This document shows, in pieces, positions 49,720-61,401 of a DNA stretch of 64,000 nucleotides. The position numbers and the translations under genes were made by a program. Source of the DNA: Octopus bimaculoides (taxonomy: Eukaryota); NCBI RefSeq assembly GCF_001194135.2, contig NC_068993.1:55887335-55951334 (forward strand), read 5' to 3'. Under the pieces are notes generated by a model, which worked only from the letters and a program-made list of their open reading frames with translations, had not been told where the DNA came from and did not search any database. Each line of letters starts with the position of its first letter. The first letter of the stretch is position 1.

Positions 49720-52072
49720 GTAAACTAATCGACTGAGAATGAAGTACATTCAGTAAATCTAAACCACACACTAAGAATTAGCATGTGATGTCAAGATAAG
49801 GACACACACACACACACACACAAATACATTCATATACATAAATATATAAATACATGTATCATCATCATCATTATCACCACTGTCATTTAACATCTGTTTA
49901 CCCATGCTGGTATGGGTCAGATGATTTGACTGGATTTAACACTTCACAAAACTTCACTGTGCTCCAATGTTTGATTTGATGTGGTTTCTCTATGGCTGGA
50001 TGCCCTTCCTAACACCAACCACTTTATAGATTCTACTGGGGCCTTTTCTTTTTGTGGACCAGCCTGCAACTTTCAAGATCAAGGGCCCAAAGAAGCCCCT
50101 ATAACTGGAGGAGAACAGTAGAGAGAAGGTGCAATGATTGTCAGTAGGATGATGAGAGAGAGTAAATTATGAAGAGAGGAATAGACTGACAGTTGTGAGA
50201 GGGTGGCAGTGGAGAGACTAACATAGAAGACACTATTTGTGGGAAGAGTATGGATGGAAAAGAGGATAGGGAAGGGCTTTATGTCAGGGGTTTGTGAGAA
50301 AGGGAGGGACAGAGTACTTGATGTGATAAAGGCTCTTGAGTAGGGTGTTCCCAGGTTAACCTAAATTATAAGGGCAAGTATGAATGGAAAGTGTGAGAGA
50401 AAGGGAACATGAAAAAGATAAATGGAGGCTCTGAGGTATTGAGTAGAGGCATATGGTCAAGTGGTTCGGGTGTTGGACTCATGAGCATAAGATTGTGGTT
50501 TCATTTCCTGGACCAGGCAATGCATTGAGTTCTTGAGTAAAACATTTCATTTCACTTTGCTCTAAATCCACTTAGCTGGCAAAAATGAGTAATCCTGCAA
50601 CAGACCAGCACCCTGTTCAGGGGGTAAATATATATACACTGTAGAAACTGAGAAACCAGCCCTTGTGAGTCTATAGGTCTCAAGAAGGATGCTTTTGTTG
50701 AGGTATGGAGAGAATCATTGATGGAAAGGGAAGGTGGCTGTGGAAGTGGGCCAGAGATGGAGAAGTGAAAGTGTATTGAGGTGATGGAGGAACTGTAGGG
50801 AGAGGATGGTGAAAGAAAATGAGGAAGAATATGGGGGAGCAGTGGGTAAGTGCAGTGAGAGCAGGGAGTGAAAGTGATATTGGAGGGCCCTGTAGAGGTA
50901 GGGTGATGAGAGCATCCCAGACATGGAGGCTGATGGGAGAGGACAGTGAGAGAAAATGGTAGTGGAGACAGTGAGAGAAAATGGTAGTGGAGACAGTGAG
51001 AGAAAGGAAGGCTGGAGAACACCTAAGTGGGAAGGAAGAGAGGGTGAATACAGCAAAGAGCATCGAGGTGAGAAGCAGACAGGGAGAGGAAGCTGTTGTG
51101 GAGTTGAGAGGAGGACGACAGGTGAGAACAGTGAAAGCATCCCAGGCAGGGAGATTGAGGAGAAAGGACAGGTAAAGAGAGGTAGGGGAGGAGCAGTGGA
51201 TGAATAACTGTAAGAGTCTGCCAGCTACCAACACTTCCTTGACTAATGTTTTTTCTATCACGCTTGCTTGAAAGAACAGGGTTTTCTCCAGTGTGTCACC
51301 AAATTACAATCAATTGTTGCCTACCTTGTGAGGTTCACTTTCTTGAGATCATGTTTTTCATGGTCCTTTTCTTCCATAGTTACCTTCCATTTTCAGTGCT
51401 TGATACTTGAGCTTTTTTACTGTGTCCTGTCTCTATGAAGCTTTTGGTCAGTTGAGGACTAAAGTAAAATACATTTGCTTGGCATGGCTATGTGTCAAGA
51501 AGCTTGCTTCTCAGCCACATGGTTCTAGGTTCAGTCCCACTCTGTGACACCTTGGGTAAGTGTCTTCTATTATAACCCCAGCCTGACCAAAACCTTGTGA
51601 GTGGATTTGGTAGACAAACTGAAAGAAGTTTCTTATATATGTGTGTGTGTGTGTGTGCCACCTGGGCAACGTTGGGTATCACTAATGCAAGTATATTATA
51701 AAAATGGTTTTTACATTTAATCTTATCAGTTACTTATTTGGATTAATTTTTCTTGTTCTGTTTCTTCTTCTTCTTCTTCTTCTTCCCACCCAGCTCTCTT
51801 TTAATATTTAACACCATGTTTCATGCATACATACATACATACATACATACATAAATGCATGCATACTTACATACACACACACACACATACATATACACAC
51901 ATACATATACACACATGTATATGTGTAGCTATGTATTCTGATTTGTTCCCTAATCTATCTGGAGGCAGGAGAGGGTGTATGACTCAGTTAAAGGTTAATC
52001 TGAAGTACTTGAGATACAAAACTTATCATGTTTGATTTATGTTTTATATTTACCTGCTCACCCCCACATCAG

Positions 52073-52151
52073 TCTACCTCAATTCACTGAGAGATGACCT
52101 CCAGGCAGGACCCATAATTTCAAAACCAGAAGCAATATACACTCTTCATCG
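52073..52151 (+). CDS. Uncharacterised gene, candidate exon (YLNSLRDDLQAGPIISKPEAIYTLHR)
   Basis: cacatcag acceptor, CG|GTAAGG donor, phase 1-2 open. Confidence 0.35.
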
Positions 52152-52494
52152 GTAAGGTCTGGCCTGGGTCTGTTATTGTTGCTGCTGTTGCTGTCATTGT
52201 CACTGTGGTTTACCTAACAACAAATTCTGAATGTTGGATTTACATTTGTCGCAAGGAAAATATGAACGGAAAACAAAGAAAGAACGGCTTCTATTTCCAT
52301 TGAGTGTGTGCAAATTATAGTAAGTAGAGAAACCAGCTGGTAGATTGATTTTCTTTCTGTTAGTCAATGGTGTGCTGCTTATGTACTAACTCTGGTATAT
52401 TTTGTGATAGCCCCTGGTATATCAATTATGCATTCCCTGTTTTTTTTTTTCTAATAGCCAATGGTGAATGGTTATATATTCACTAAACTACTGG

Positions 52495-52684
52495 TATGAG
52501 GGGGTGCTGAAAATTCCTGGTTTTAAGGGTATCATGAAAAGCCTGGTTGAAGGCCCAACTTTCTGGAGGGCTGCTGCAATAAGTGTAAATCTGAGAGGGG
52601 AATATGTTGGTTAAAACCATAATTAACAAATCTTCCTGTATTTTCTTTTACCCAAAGCCAGGAACTTTTCAGCACCCCATCGTA
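52495..52684. mobile_element. Mariner-derived MITE with TA TSD
   Basis: TIRs TATGAGGGGGTGCTGAAAA-TTCCTGG / CCAGGAACTTTTCAGCACCCCATCGTA. Confidence 0.85.
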
Positions 52685-53356
52685 TATTTTGTGATAGTTA
52701 CTGAGTTACTGGGTATGGTTATGTTATCACTGACCAATGGCTTATTTTGTGATAGCCACTAATGGGTTTGTTTTATATATACACTGACCAGAAATATATT
52801 TTGTTACAGCTACAGGTGAGTTGGTTTCCCCACCCATTTTTACGCATTACTACCTATCCCCCTTCTTGTGTGTGTTCCCGTCTGCTGCCACCTCCTCCTC
52901 TTCCTCCATAATCCACTTCTACTATCTTTACATTACCCCCAAACTGAGACATGCCATTACCCCCATCTCCATCTGTGTTCACCATTCACATGCTTTCAGT
53001 TCCGTCCTCAACTCCACCGGCTGATATTCTCCTTTTACACCCTCACAAACCTACTCACCCAGCCATCCTCAATTATCCCCTCACCTTTCATCTTATTGTA
53101 CCTCCATGGTGTGTCTTGATCTCTCCCATACTTCCTCCCTTCCCTGCTGGGGTCGCCATGCATATCCTATACAGCAACTCCTCCTTTCACTGCACTTACC
53201 CACTGTTCCTCCATTACCTCAACACACCCTCAGCTCTCCATCTCTTGCCCACTCCCACCACCACCTGTTTTCATCAATAATTCTCTCCATACCCTCGTTA
53301 AAAGCATCCTTCTCAAGTTTTATGGACTCATAAAGGCCAGTTTCTTGGTTTCCATA

Positions 53357-53403
<47 letters not shown>

Positions 53404-53609
53404 ATCACCATCATCGTTTAATGTCTGCCTCCCATGCTGATATATACATATTTATCCCCTGGACAGAACACTGGTCCATCACAAGATGACTTAGTCTTTC
53501 ATCCTTTTGGGGTCGATAAAATAAGTACCAATTGAGTATTGGGGTTGATGTAATCAACTAGGTCTTTCCCTTGCAGTTTCTGGCCTTGTGTCAAAATTTG
53601 AAACCATTA

Positions 53610-53644
<35 letters not shown>

Positions 53645-54017
53645 AACATGGCAATCTGGCAGAATTGTTAGCATGCTGGGTGAATTGCTTAGTGGCGTTT
53701 CATCTGTCTTTATGTTCCAAGTTCAAATTCCGCTGAGGTCAACTTTACCGTTCATCCTTTTGGGGTTGATAAATTAAGTACCAGTTGTGCTCTGGTGAGG
53801 GAAGGGGGTTCCACCAGAATGTAAATTCCTGTGACAATTGTATGTTAGAAAGGAGCTTCTACTATAACTTCATCAACAAATTCTGTCCCATGCAAGCATG
53901 GAAAAGTGGATAATTAAATGATGATTATGATCACGCACACACACACACAGATATGCATATAAGAACTAATTAGAGAATTCTAATTTGTGTTTTTTTTTTT
54001 TTTAATTGTCGTTTCAG

Positions 54018-54196
54018 TACAAACAATTTACAATCTGCCATTTCTTCATCTCCACTTTTCTCTTTGGCATCACTCGATGAGTCTCAGCAACTTCGAAACA
54101 TTGACTATGGCAAGGATTCATCTGCGTTTCCAGTTTCAGACAGACAACCATGGCACATCGACAGGATGAAACACAAAAATAATCGCAGGAGAACTG
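54018..54196 (+). CDS. Uncharacterised gene, internal exon (TNNLQ..SDRQPWHIDRMKHKNNRRRT)
   Basis: Poly-T gtttcag acceptor, phase 2 start; weak donor G|GTTCTT, so 3' boundary uncertain. Confidence 0.55.
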
Positions 54197-55060
54197 GTTC
54201 TTTTACTGTTTCTGTTTCTATTTCTCTGTTGATTATGAATCCCCGTTGAGATGATATTTTGCTGTGAAAGTGTAGGAGTTTGTTGTTTACAGGGAGTTAG
54301 ACTATCAGTGAATCCTCTGTTGACAATTGACAGCAAGATAAGCTGCCACAGATCACATGATTCCAAAGTGTGCACATATGTGACTGGGGAGCACATGTGA
54401 ACTTGTATTCTCACCGAAACTCTGAACATCAACTCCATACTTCTACAGTGAATGATGTCTGCACTGTTCAACGTGCTTGCCCTCCCAGTGGGGTGTTGTT
54501 ATCCATTACAGCCTTGACTGTGGCTGACAGATTTGTGAGACTTACCAAATTCAATTACAAGGCTATAGCTGAAGGCACTGGCCCAAGGTGGCTATGGAAG
54601 AACTGAACCCAAAACCATGTGGTTGAGAAGCATGCTTCCTAACCATACAGCCATACCTGCACTTATACACACACACACACACACGTTGGTGTATGGTTAA
54701 TTAATTCTAGCTTGAGTCGACTATGTTGGTATGTGACTGATACTAGCTTTAACCAACTGTTGGTATGGGGCTAGTTGACACCAGCTTTAGTTGAATATGT
54801 TGCTATGTGGCCAATACCAGCTTTAACTGACTATGCTAATGTTTTGCTGATACCAACCTAGCAAATAGAACAATCTTCTGATAACTGCCTGTAATTCATT
54901 CGTGGGACCAGGCCTACTTTCATTAATATATATGGTTTCTGGTAAGCTGGTCATTCATATCCATTGATGATGTTAAAACAAATAATTGAGTATTTTGAAA
55001 TAGAGCCACTCCCTTCCAGGTTGACAGAGTTAACTAACATGATTCTGGTTCTCGTTACAG

Positions 55061-55246
55061 TTAAATGTGAAGAAGACAACAGTGGTAATTTCTTGATGGT
55101 ATGGAACCGTTCCATACCTTTGTGTACCACAACCAGTTCTACCAACAATACTGTTTCATGCAACACCAATATTAACAACAATAACTGGAGCTTCAGTCCC
55201 ACTATAGAGTCATTACAACATTCAACCAACACCAATTCTCAGGCTG
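55061..55246 (+). CDS. Uncharacterised gene, internal exon (VKCEEDNSGNFLMVW..SQA)
   Basis: Branch-like AACTAAC at 55032-55038, gttacag acceptor, G|GTGAGA donor, 186 nt, phase 1-1. Confidence 0.65.
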
Positions 55247-55456
55247 GTGAGAGAACTTTCTTCTGTCATGGATTTATAATGATGACGATCACTCTCTATA
55301 TAATATACATACATGCATGTATACACAAGCACACACACATATGTAAGATCATGGAGGCAAAGGCAAGAACGAGTACTTGATACCAAAGGGTTACAGTGTT
55401 TATAATTCTTATTACTTAAGTCATAGTCAGCACCCAATATAACATTTAGTGTTTTC

Positions 55457-56062
55457 GGATCTTTTTTAAAACGGGGGCCACATTTTTCATTAATGTTTTA
55501 CGTAGTGTTTTTGGTACGGAAAGACTTTCAAACTTCGTATACTTATCTATTTTGTGTTATAGAACAGAAAAATATTTTTGTATTCGAATTTATTTCATGT
55601 AAAAAATTGTCTTATTTCGATAATTTCAACCAATCACTGACAAGTATTCAGTTGTTTACATTTACTCCTTTGGCTGATTAAGCGATGTAAAGCGTATTTA
55701 ATCTCCATACCTTCGTTTTATTTGCTTTTTTCATTTTAAATTTGCTTTAACCCTAACCCTAACTACATAAACAAACGATTCTGAAACAATTAACCCGAAC
55801 CCTAGGGTTAGGGTTAGGGTTAATTGTTTCAGAATCGTTTGTTTATGTAGTCGGCACTTAATGTATATCGGCTGAATGGACGTCAGTGATTGGTTGAAAT
55901 TACAGAAATACGACAACTTTAACATGGAATAACTTATGGATTTCTTTTTTTTTTTAAGAAGACTAAGAGAAAAAGATGTTTTATATGACACATTCTACCA
56001 GTGATCCAAGTTTCAAAGTGTTTCGTTAATGAAAAATGTGGCCCCCGTTTTAAAAAAGATCC
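55457..56062. mobile_element. Merlin-like MITE family 2, copy B (opposite orientation to 28640-29195)
   Basis: Same TIRs and internal sequence, 8-bp TSD GTGTTTTC, internal 33-bp perfect hairpin arms. Confidence 0.9.
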
Positions 56063-57034
56063 GTGTTTTCTGCTAGTAGTATATCTGTGTGAAATGGCGT
56101 GAATCCTTGCAAACACTCTCTACTGGCAGGAAACGCAAAGTATTGGATGGGGTGCTGACTATTATTAAAAAGTAAGCATTGCAAATGCAGGAAGTAAACA
56201 ATGCATCAGAATGAGTAATATATATACACACACACACTGCTGAGACCCCCTTCGGTCATGACTGACCATGGGATTGCACTTAGAAAGTTACCCTCCCAGG
56301 CACAAGTCTTTTCCTTTCTGACCCACTCAATACCTTCTCCATCATTTTCAGATAATGTTGACAAAGTGGTTGCCACTACTTCAATCTGCATACCAAGTCT
56401 TACTGATCGAAACGGGAAAACCTTCCAGGGACTACAGTCATCTGTTGCCCCGACAATGACCTTCCAAAAAGCACCCTCACTTTGTAGTAAGCCCACATAC
56501 CCAACTGGTAGCATTAGTTGGCTAGGAAGTCGAACTGTCAATAAAGAAGGTAGGTCTGTTTGACTGGTCTCCACTTCTTAAACTCTGTGAGGAACCATTG
56601 GGTGATGGGGGGGGGGGAATTGAAGATCTGGGTTGGTCTTGAAGGAACAGTTATGGAATTCTTTTAATTCTCAAAATTAAGATAAACAAAGTTCCTTTTT
56701 AATGGAAAATATACTCTCCTTCATTTTCTACAATATTCTTCCATCTATCAGGTAGACTTGCAAGGCCCCTCTTCAAAAATTCACTTGTTCATGATGAAAA
56801 ATACTCCTCCAGTACTGTTCTGACCTTGTCTACAGAATTCAGCTTTGATTTTTATTGCTCTGTGGTCAGTAAAATTAAGCACTGGTCAAACACAAGAGTC
56901 AATATGACTAGATCTTCTCCCCACCAAATTCCTGGCCTTGTGCTTATATTAGAAACATCATCATCATCACAAAATTATTCTTCACATATGAACATCAAAT
57001 GTTTTTTTTTTCTCTTTTTTATTTCTATTTGTAG

Positions 57035-57192
57035 CTGAATTATTATACCAAGATCCTGTCAGTGGGGCTCCTACCTCCTTTCTACAGCGATTAAATGAGA
57101 TTGCAGCTCTTGAAGCTGAAACTGTTCGCCTAGAGAGAGCACGGAAACTGAAGAAGAAGAATAAACACGATAAAGAATCTTACAGCTACTGA
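57035..57192 (+). CDS. Uncharacterised gene, last coding exon (ELLYQDPVSGAPTSFLQRLNEIAALEAETVRLERARKLKKKNKHDKESYSY*)
   Basis: Long poly-T tttgtag acceptor, phase 1 matching the previous exon, helical/basic protein-like sequence, AATAAA at 57508-57513. Confidence 0.7.
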
Positions 57193-57789
57193 CCATTGCT
57201 CTCGGTAAGCTCAGGTCTCAGTTGGCAGCTTCAGGACATGGCTTTACAGCACCCTGTGATGTGATGTGTAACAGGAGCCACTGGTGTGTACAGAGTCATC
57301 TTGACTTGGAACAAGGTATTTCCAAGACGTCCCAGCAAACAAAGTGCTATAATAGAAAGAATTGTGGGATTTGAACTAAAACACCCTCGTCATCCTCCAT
57401 CTTACAATTTTCTCACAAGAAATCAATAATCATCCCTTCATATGAAGTCGTTGAATCAACAAAACTCTTTCTTGAAATCATAATTAACAAAATCAGAGAT
57501 TATTCTAAATAAATATTTACAAGAATATGTTTTTTAAAATCTTTCTTTTGTCTATATGTACAGCAAAGCCGTAACACAATCAAATAAGTTCCTGAAGTTG
57601 CTGCACTAAAGGCATATAAGAAACGGTAATTGGTTCAAGAATTTTCTGCAGGTGTGGCAAGAAGTTTGCTTCCCAGCCACATAGTTCTGGTTTCAGTCCT
57701 AGTGTATGGCACCTTGAGTAAGTGTCTGCAACAGCCTCAGGCTGACCAAAGCCTTGTGAATGGATTTGGTAGATAGAAACTGAAAGAAG

Positions 57790-57889
57790 NNNNNNNNNNN
57801 NNNNNNNNNNNNNNNNNNNNNNNNNNNNNNNNNNNNNNNNNNNNNNNNNNNNNNNNNNNNNNNNNNNNNNNNNNNNNNNNNNNNNNNNN
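57790..57889. other. Assembly gap (N)
   Basis: 100-N run. Confidence 1.
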
Positions 57890-58549
57890 ATATATGCCAT
57901 TCAGAAAGGCAAAGACTGATACAGCTTGGTACCAGTGACGTTGAAGCTCATTTCTACAGCTAAGTGAACTGGAGCAATGTGAAATAAATGTCTTGCTCAA
58001 GAACACAACACACAGCGCGGTCCAGGAATTGAATTCACTACCTCATGATTGTGAGCCTGATGTTCTAACCACTGAGCCATGTGCCTTCAAGAAGGGCATC
58101 TACCACAGAAATCTTGCTTCAATGAATGCTGTCTGACCATGATGATGCTAAAGTTTCATTTCTCCTTGTTAAGTCTTTTTAATTGTAGAGATGCTACTCA
58201 AACAGACATTCCATTTAAATAATGACACTATTGCTTTTGTACCTGAAGTTGGTAGTGCTTGAACTATTTTTTTCTAGTTGTTCTATGTGAAAAATGTGTC
58301 TAGCAATGGGAAAATATCATCTTGCTTGGAAACTGGAGAGGGTTAGCAACTGGAATAGCATCTGGTTGTAAACAATCTGTCTCAAAATATTCTGCCCGAA
58401 TCATGCAACTATAGAAAAGTAGATGTCAGATGATGATAACTGAGATAATGTTAGGTCAATAATATCAAAATTTCCTGCTTCCATGCTATTAAATATTCCA
58501 TACATTGTATCAATTCAGAAGAAACAATTTTACAAAGATAACAGATTGA

Positions 58550-58654
58550 AATTATGAATTAAAAACATTTTTATTATGAGGTCAACATAAATACAAAATG
58601 GTTTGGTTGGTGCTGTTTCTGTAAATTTTGTTTTAACCAAAGAACCAAGGATCT
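58550..58654 (-). other. COX6C: Putative non-coding terminal 3'UTR exon of COX6C
   Basis: Strong acceptor ttttatttttattattgcag; AATAAA at 58570-58575 (minus); upstream donor GAATT|GTGAGT at 59734; 3' end approximate. Confidence 0.5.
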
Positions 58655-58894
58655 CTGCAATAATAAAAATAAAAGAAAGAAATTAAGAATCTGTTTCTGC
58701 AGATTCGATACTTTAACATTTATCTTCATTCAGAGAGGCCTGGTGGTTACGGTATTGCACTCACAACAGCAAGATAGTGGTTTCAAATTCCAGACCAGGG
58801 CTGTGGAGTTGGAGTCAGAAACAATTAAGGAGGAGTCGGAGTCGGTAAAACAGACCACAATCACTTGCTGTGCTTTTGAGCAAAACATGTCATT

Positions 58895-59034
58895 GCTTAC
58901 CTGTACATGCTTACCTGTACATGCTTACCTGTACATGCTTACCTGTACATGCTTACCTGTACATGCTTACCTGTACATGCTTACCTGTACATGCTTACCT
59001 GTACATGCTTACCTGTACATGCTTACCTGTACAT
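58895..59034. repeat. 14-bp minisatellite, 10 perfect copies (GCTTACCTGTACAT)
   Basis: Units every 14 nt from 58895 to 59021. Confidence 0.97.
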
Positions 59035-59047
59035 GTGTACTCTTTAC

Positions 59048-59260
59048 TCTTTTACTTGTTTCAGTCATTTGACTGTGGCCATGCTGGAGCACCGCCTTTA
59101 GTCGAGCAAATTGACCCAATGACTTATTCTTTGTAAACCTAGTACTTATTCTATCTGTCTCTTTTGCTGAACCACTAAGTTACGGGGACGCAAACACACC
59201 ACCATCAGTTGTCAAGCGATGTTGGGGGGACAAACACAGACACACAAACATATATATATA
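59048..59260. mobile_element. SINE family copy (related about 49143-49410 and, inverted, 37250-37400)
   Basis: TTTTACTTGTTTCAGTCATTTGACTG..GGAGCACCGCCTTTAGTCGAGCAAAT..GGGGACAAACACAGA. Confidence 0.7.
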
Positions 59261-59748
59261 TGTGGTTGGCGTTAGGAAGGGCATCCAACTGTAGAAACTC
59301 TGCCAAATTAGATTGGAGCCTAGTGCAGCCATCTGGTTCACCAGTCCTCAGTCAAATCGTCCAACCCATGCTAGCATGGAAAGTGGACGTTAAACGATGG
59401 TGATGATGATATATATATATACAACGGGCTTCTTTCAGTTTCCGTCTACCAAATCCACTCACAAGGCTTTGGTCAGCCCGAGGATATAGTAGAAGAAGGT
59501 CAATGGGGAATGCATTTCATGGAATAGAATTTCAAATATGGTAACCTTTTCTGGAATGCAATATCTCTGTAATATAGAGGATTCTAGTATACGACTGCAC
59601 ACTGAGGAAGTGGTTATTCATTGGAGTTGACCTTGGGTGTGTAGTTGAGCATTCACTCTTATTTGAGTTGAGTCTGAAAATAGCAAGAGAAATATAATAG
59701 AAGTTCTACTATCTAGAACATTGAAATACTCACAATTCTCTAATTCCA

Positions 59749-59842
59749 TTAAAAGTCTGTGTTTATGTTTCCCTCAGCATCTACACATTGGAAAACCCCA
59801 GCTTTTTTCATTCTCTGAAAGTCAGCTTCAGCATCATAAGTT
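59749..59842 (-). CDS. COX6C: COX6C second coding exon (TYDAEADFQRMKKAGVFQCVDAEGNINTDF*)
   Basis: ccttacag acceptor, phase 2; matches YD..DFEEMRKAGIFQSV; total 86 aa. Confidence 0.9.
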
Positions 59843-61234
59843 CTGTAAGGAACAAAACATTATCATTATTAAAGAATTGTTAGAGCATCGCAAAAAATAC
59901 CTTGTGGTATTTCGTCTGGCTCTTTACATCCTCAGTTCAAATCCTGCAGGGGTCAACTTAGCCTTTCGTTCCTCACAGATTAATAATATAAAGTACCAGT
60001 TAAATAATGAGGTCAACAGTACTGACTTACTGCCCTTCTCTCATTATTGTAGGACTTGTAATTAAATTAGAAACAATTTTTGTTGTATTACAAGAGTTAA
60101 ATGTGATAGGACAGTGCCAGTGACATGTAAAAGGCACCCACTACATTCTTGGAGTGGTTGGCATTAGGAAAGGCACTCAATCACAGAAATCAAGCCAAAT
60201 CAGACTGGAGCCTGGTACAGCTCTCCAGATTACTCATTCCAGTTAAACTGTCTAACCCATGCCAGCATGGAAAATGGACGCTAAATGATGATGATGAATG
60301 AGACAGCTCTATGCACTGACTGCACACAGATTAACTAGTAGAGAGTCTCCTTGAATAGTTACTCAGAGTGTTTCGAATCTCTGTTAAACTTGTTACTGTC
60401 ATTAACTGCAAAATGGCTATTCCAGAAATGATGTCAAATATCTACCAAAAAAAATATTTCCTGCAAGTCCCTTTGCCTCAACAAACTTGACATATCTCAA
60501 CAAGAAAATTTCAAATATGATATTCCTCCTCAACAAAAAGTAGATTGATACACAAAACTGCTCTCCGCAGTTAAGGGTAATGAAATTTTGAGTGAAAACA
60601 CCTGATTTCTACAGGTAGATGACCAACAAAAATGTGAACATAAAAGTCAGTTCCACAGTGATTGTATATATGATGAACTATATCAGGACAATATGTATTT
60701 TATCCCACGATAACACTGATCCCTGAAGGCACATGGCCCAGTGGTTAGAGCATCAGGCTCACAATCATGAAGTAGTGAGTTCGATTCCTGGATTGGGCTG
60801 TGTGTTGTGTTCTTGAGCAAGACATTTTATTTCCCATTGCTCCAGTTTACTCAGCTGTAGAAAAGAGTTGTGACATCGCTGGTGCTAAGCAGTATCGGCC
60901 TTTGCCTTTCCCCTGGATAACCTCAGTGGCATGGAGAAGGGAGGCCGGTATGCATGGGCGACTGCTGGTCTTCCATAAACAACCTTGCCCAGATTTGGAG
61001 GGGAACTTTCTAGGTGCAATCCCATGACCTTTCATGACAGAAAGGGTGGGAGCTTTTATCACTGACTTCAAGTTGATCTGAATCCCTTGTTGGCTTTGTC
61101 TTGAATAGAGAAGACCACATTAAATAAAGGTGTCCCGAATGTAAACTGCTTGAAAGGAAGATGGGATGGGAACAGGCCTGTCTCATCAAGACTGATCTGG
61201 GCAAAACGTTTGAAGTATAAAATGAGTAACATAC

Positions 61235-61401
61235 TTGTAGAATTCAGCATATTTAGCTTTTCTTGGGAGTTGAACTCCAAATTTCCAGGCCAAACCAAAT
61301 GAAATAGAAACAGCTGTTCCAATTGCTAGTTCTAAAGGAAGTCTGGAGGTGAGAAGATTTCTCATCTTGGGTTTTGGTAATTTGGTTACAGTAGATGCCA
61401 T
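61235..61401 (-). CDS. COX6C: Cytochrome c oxidase subunit 6C, first coding exon
   Basis: MASTVTKLPKPKMRNLL..WKFGV..RKAKYAEFY matches LPKPRMRGLL..YKF..RKKAYADFY; ATG directly after ctgttttag acceptor; AA|GTATGT, phase 2. Confidence 0.9.

Noticed and set aside
56206-56574. 122-aa minus ORF
   Set aside because: Shares its end with the repeat at about 61000-61050; interspersed repeat of unresolved class
58895-59034. Possible CRISPR-like array
   Set aside because: No spacers; eukaryotic context
58743-59136. ORFs with repeated TCTCLPVHAYLYML
   Set aside because: Translation of the 14-bp minisatellite
60541-60612. Candidate COX6C exon KSGVF..
   Set aside because: Wrong phase; the true exon 59749-59842 matches far better
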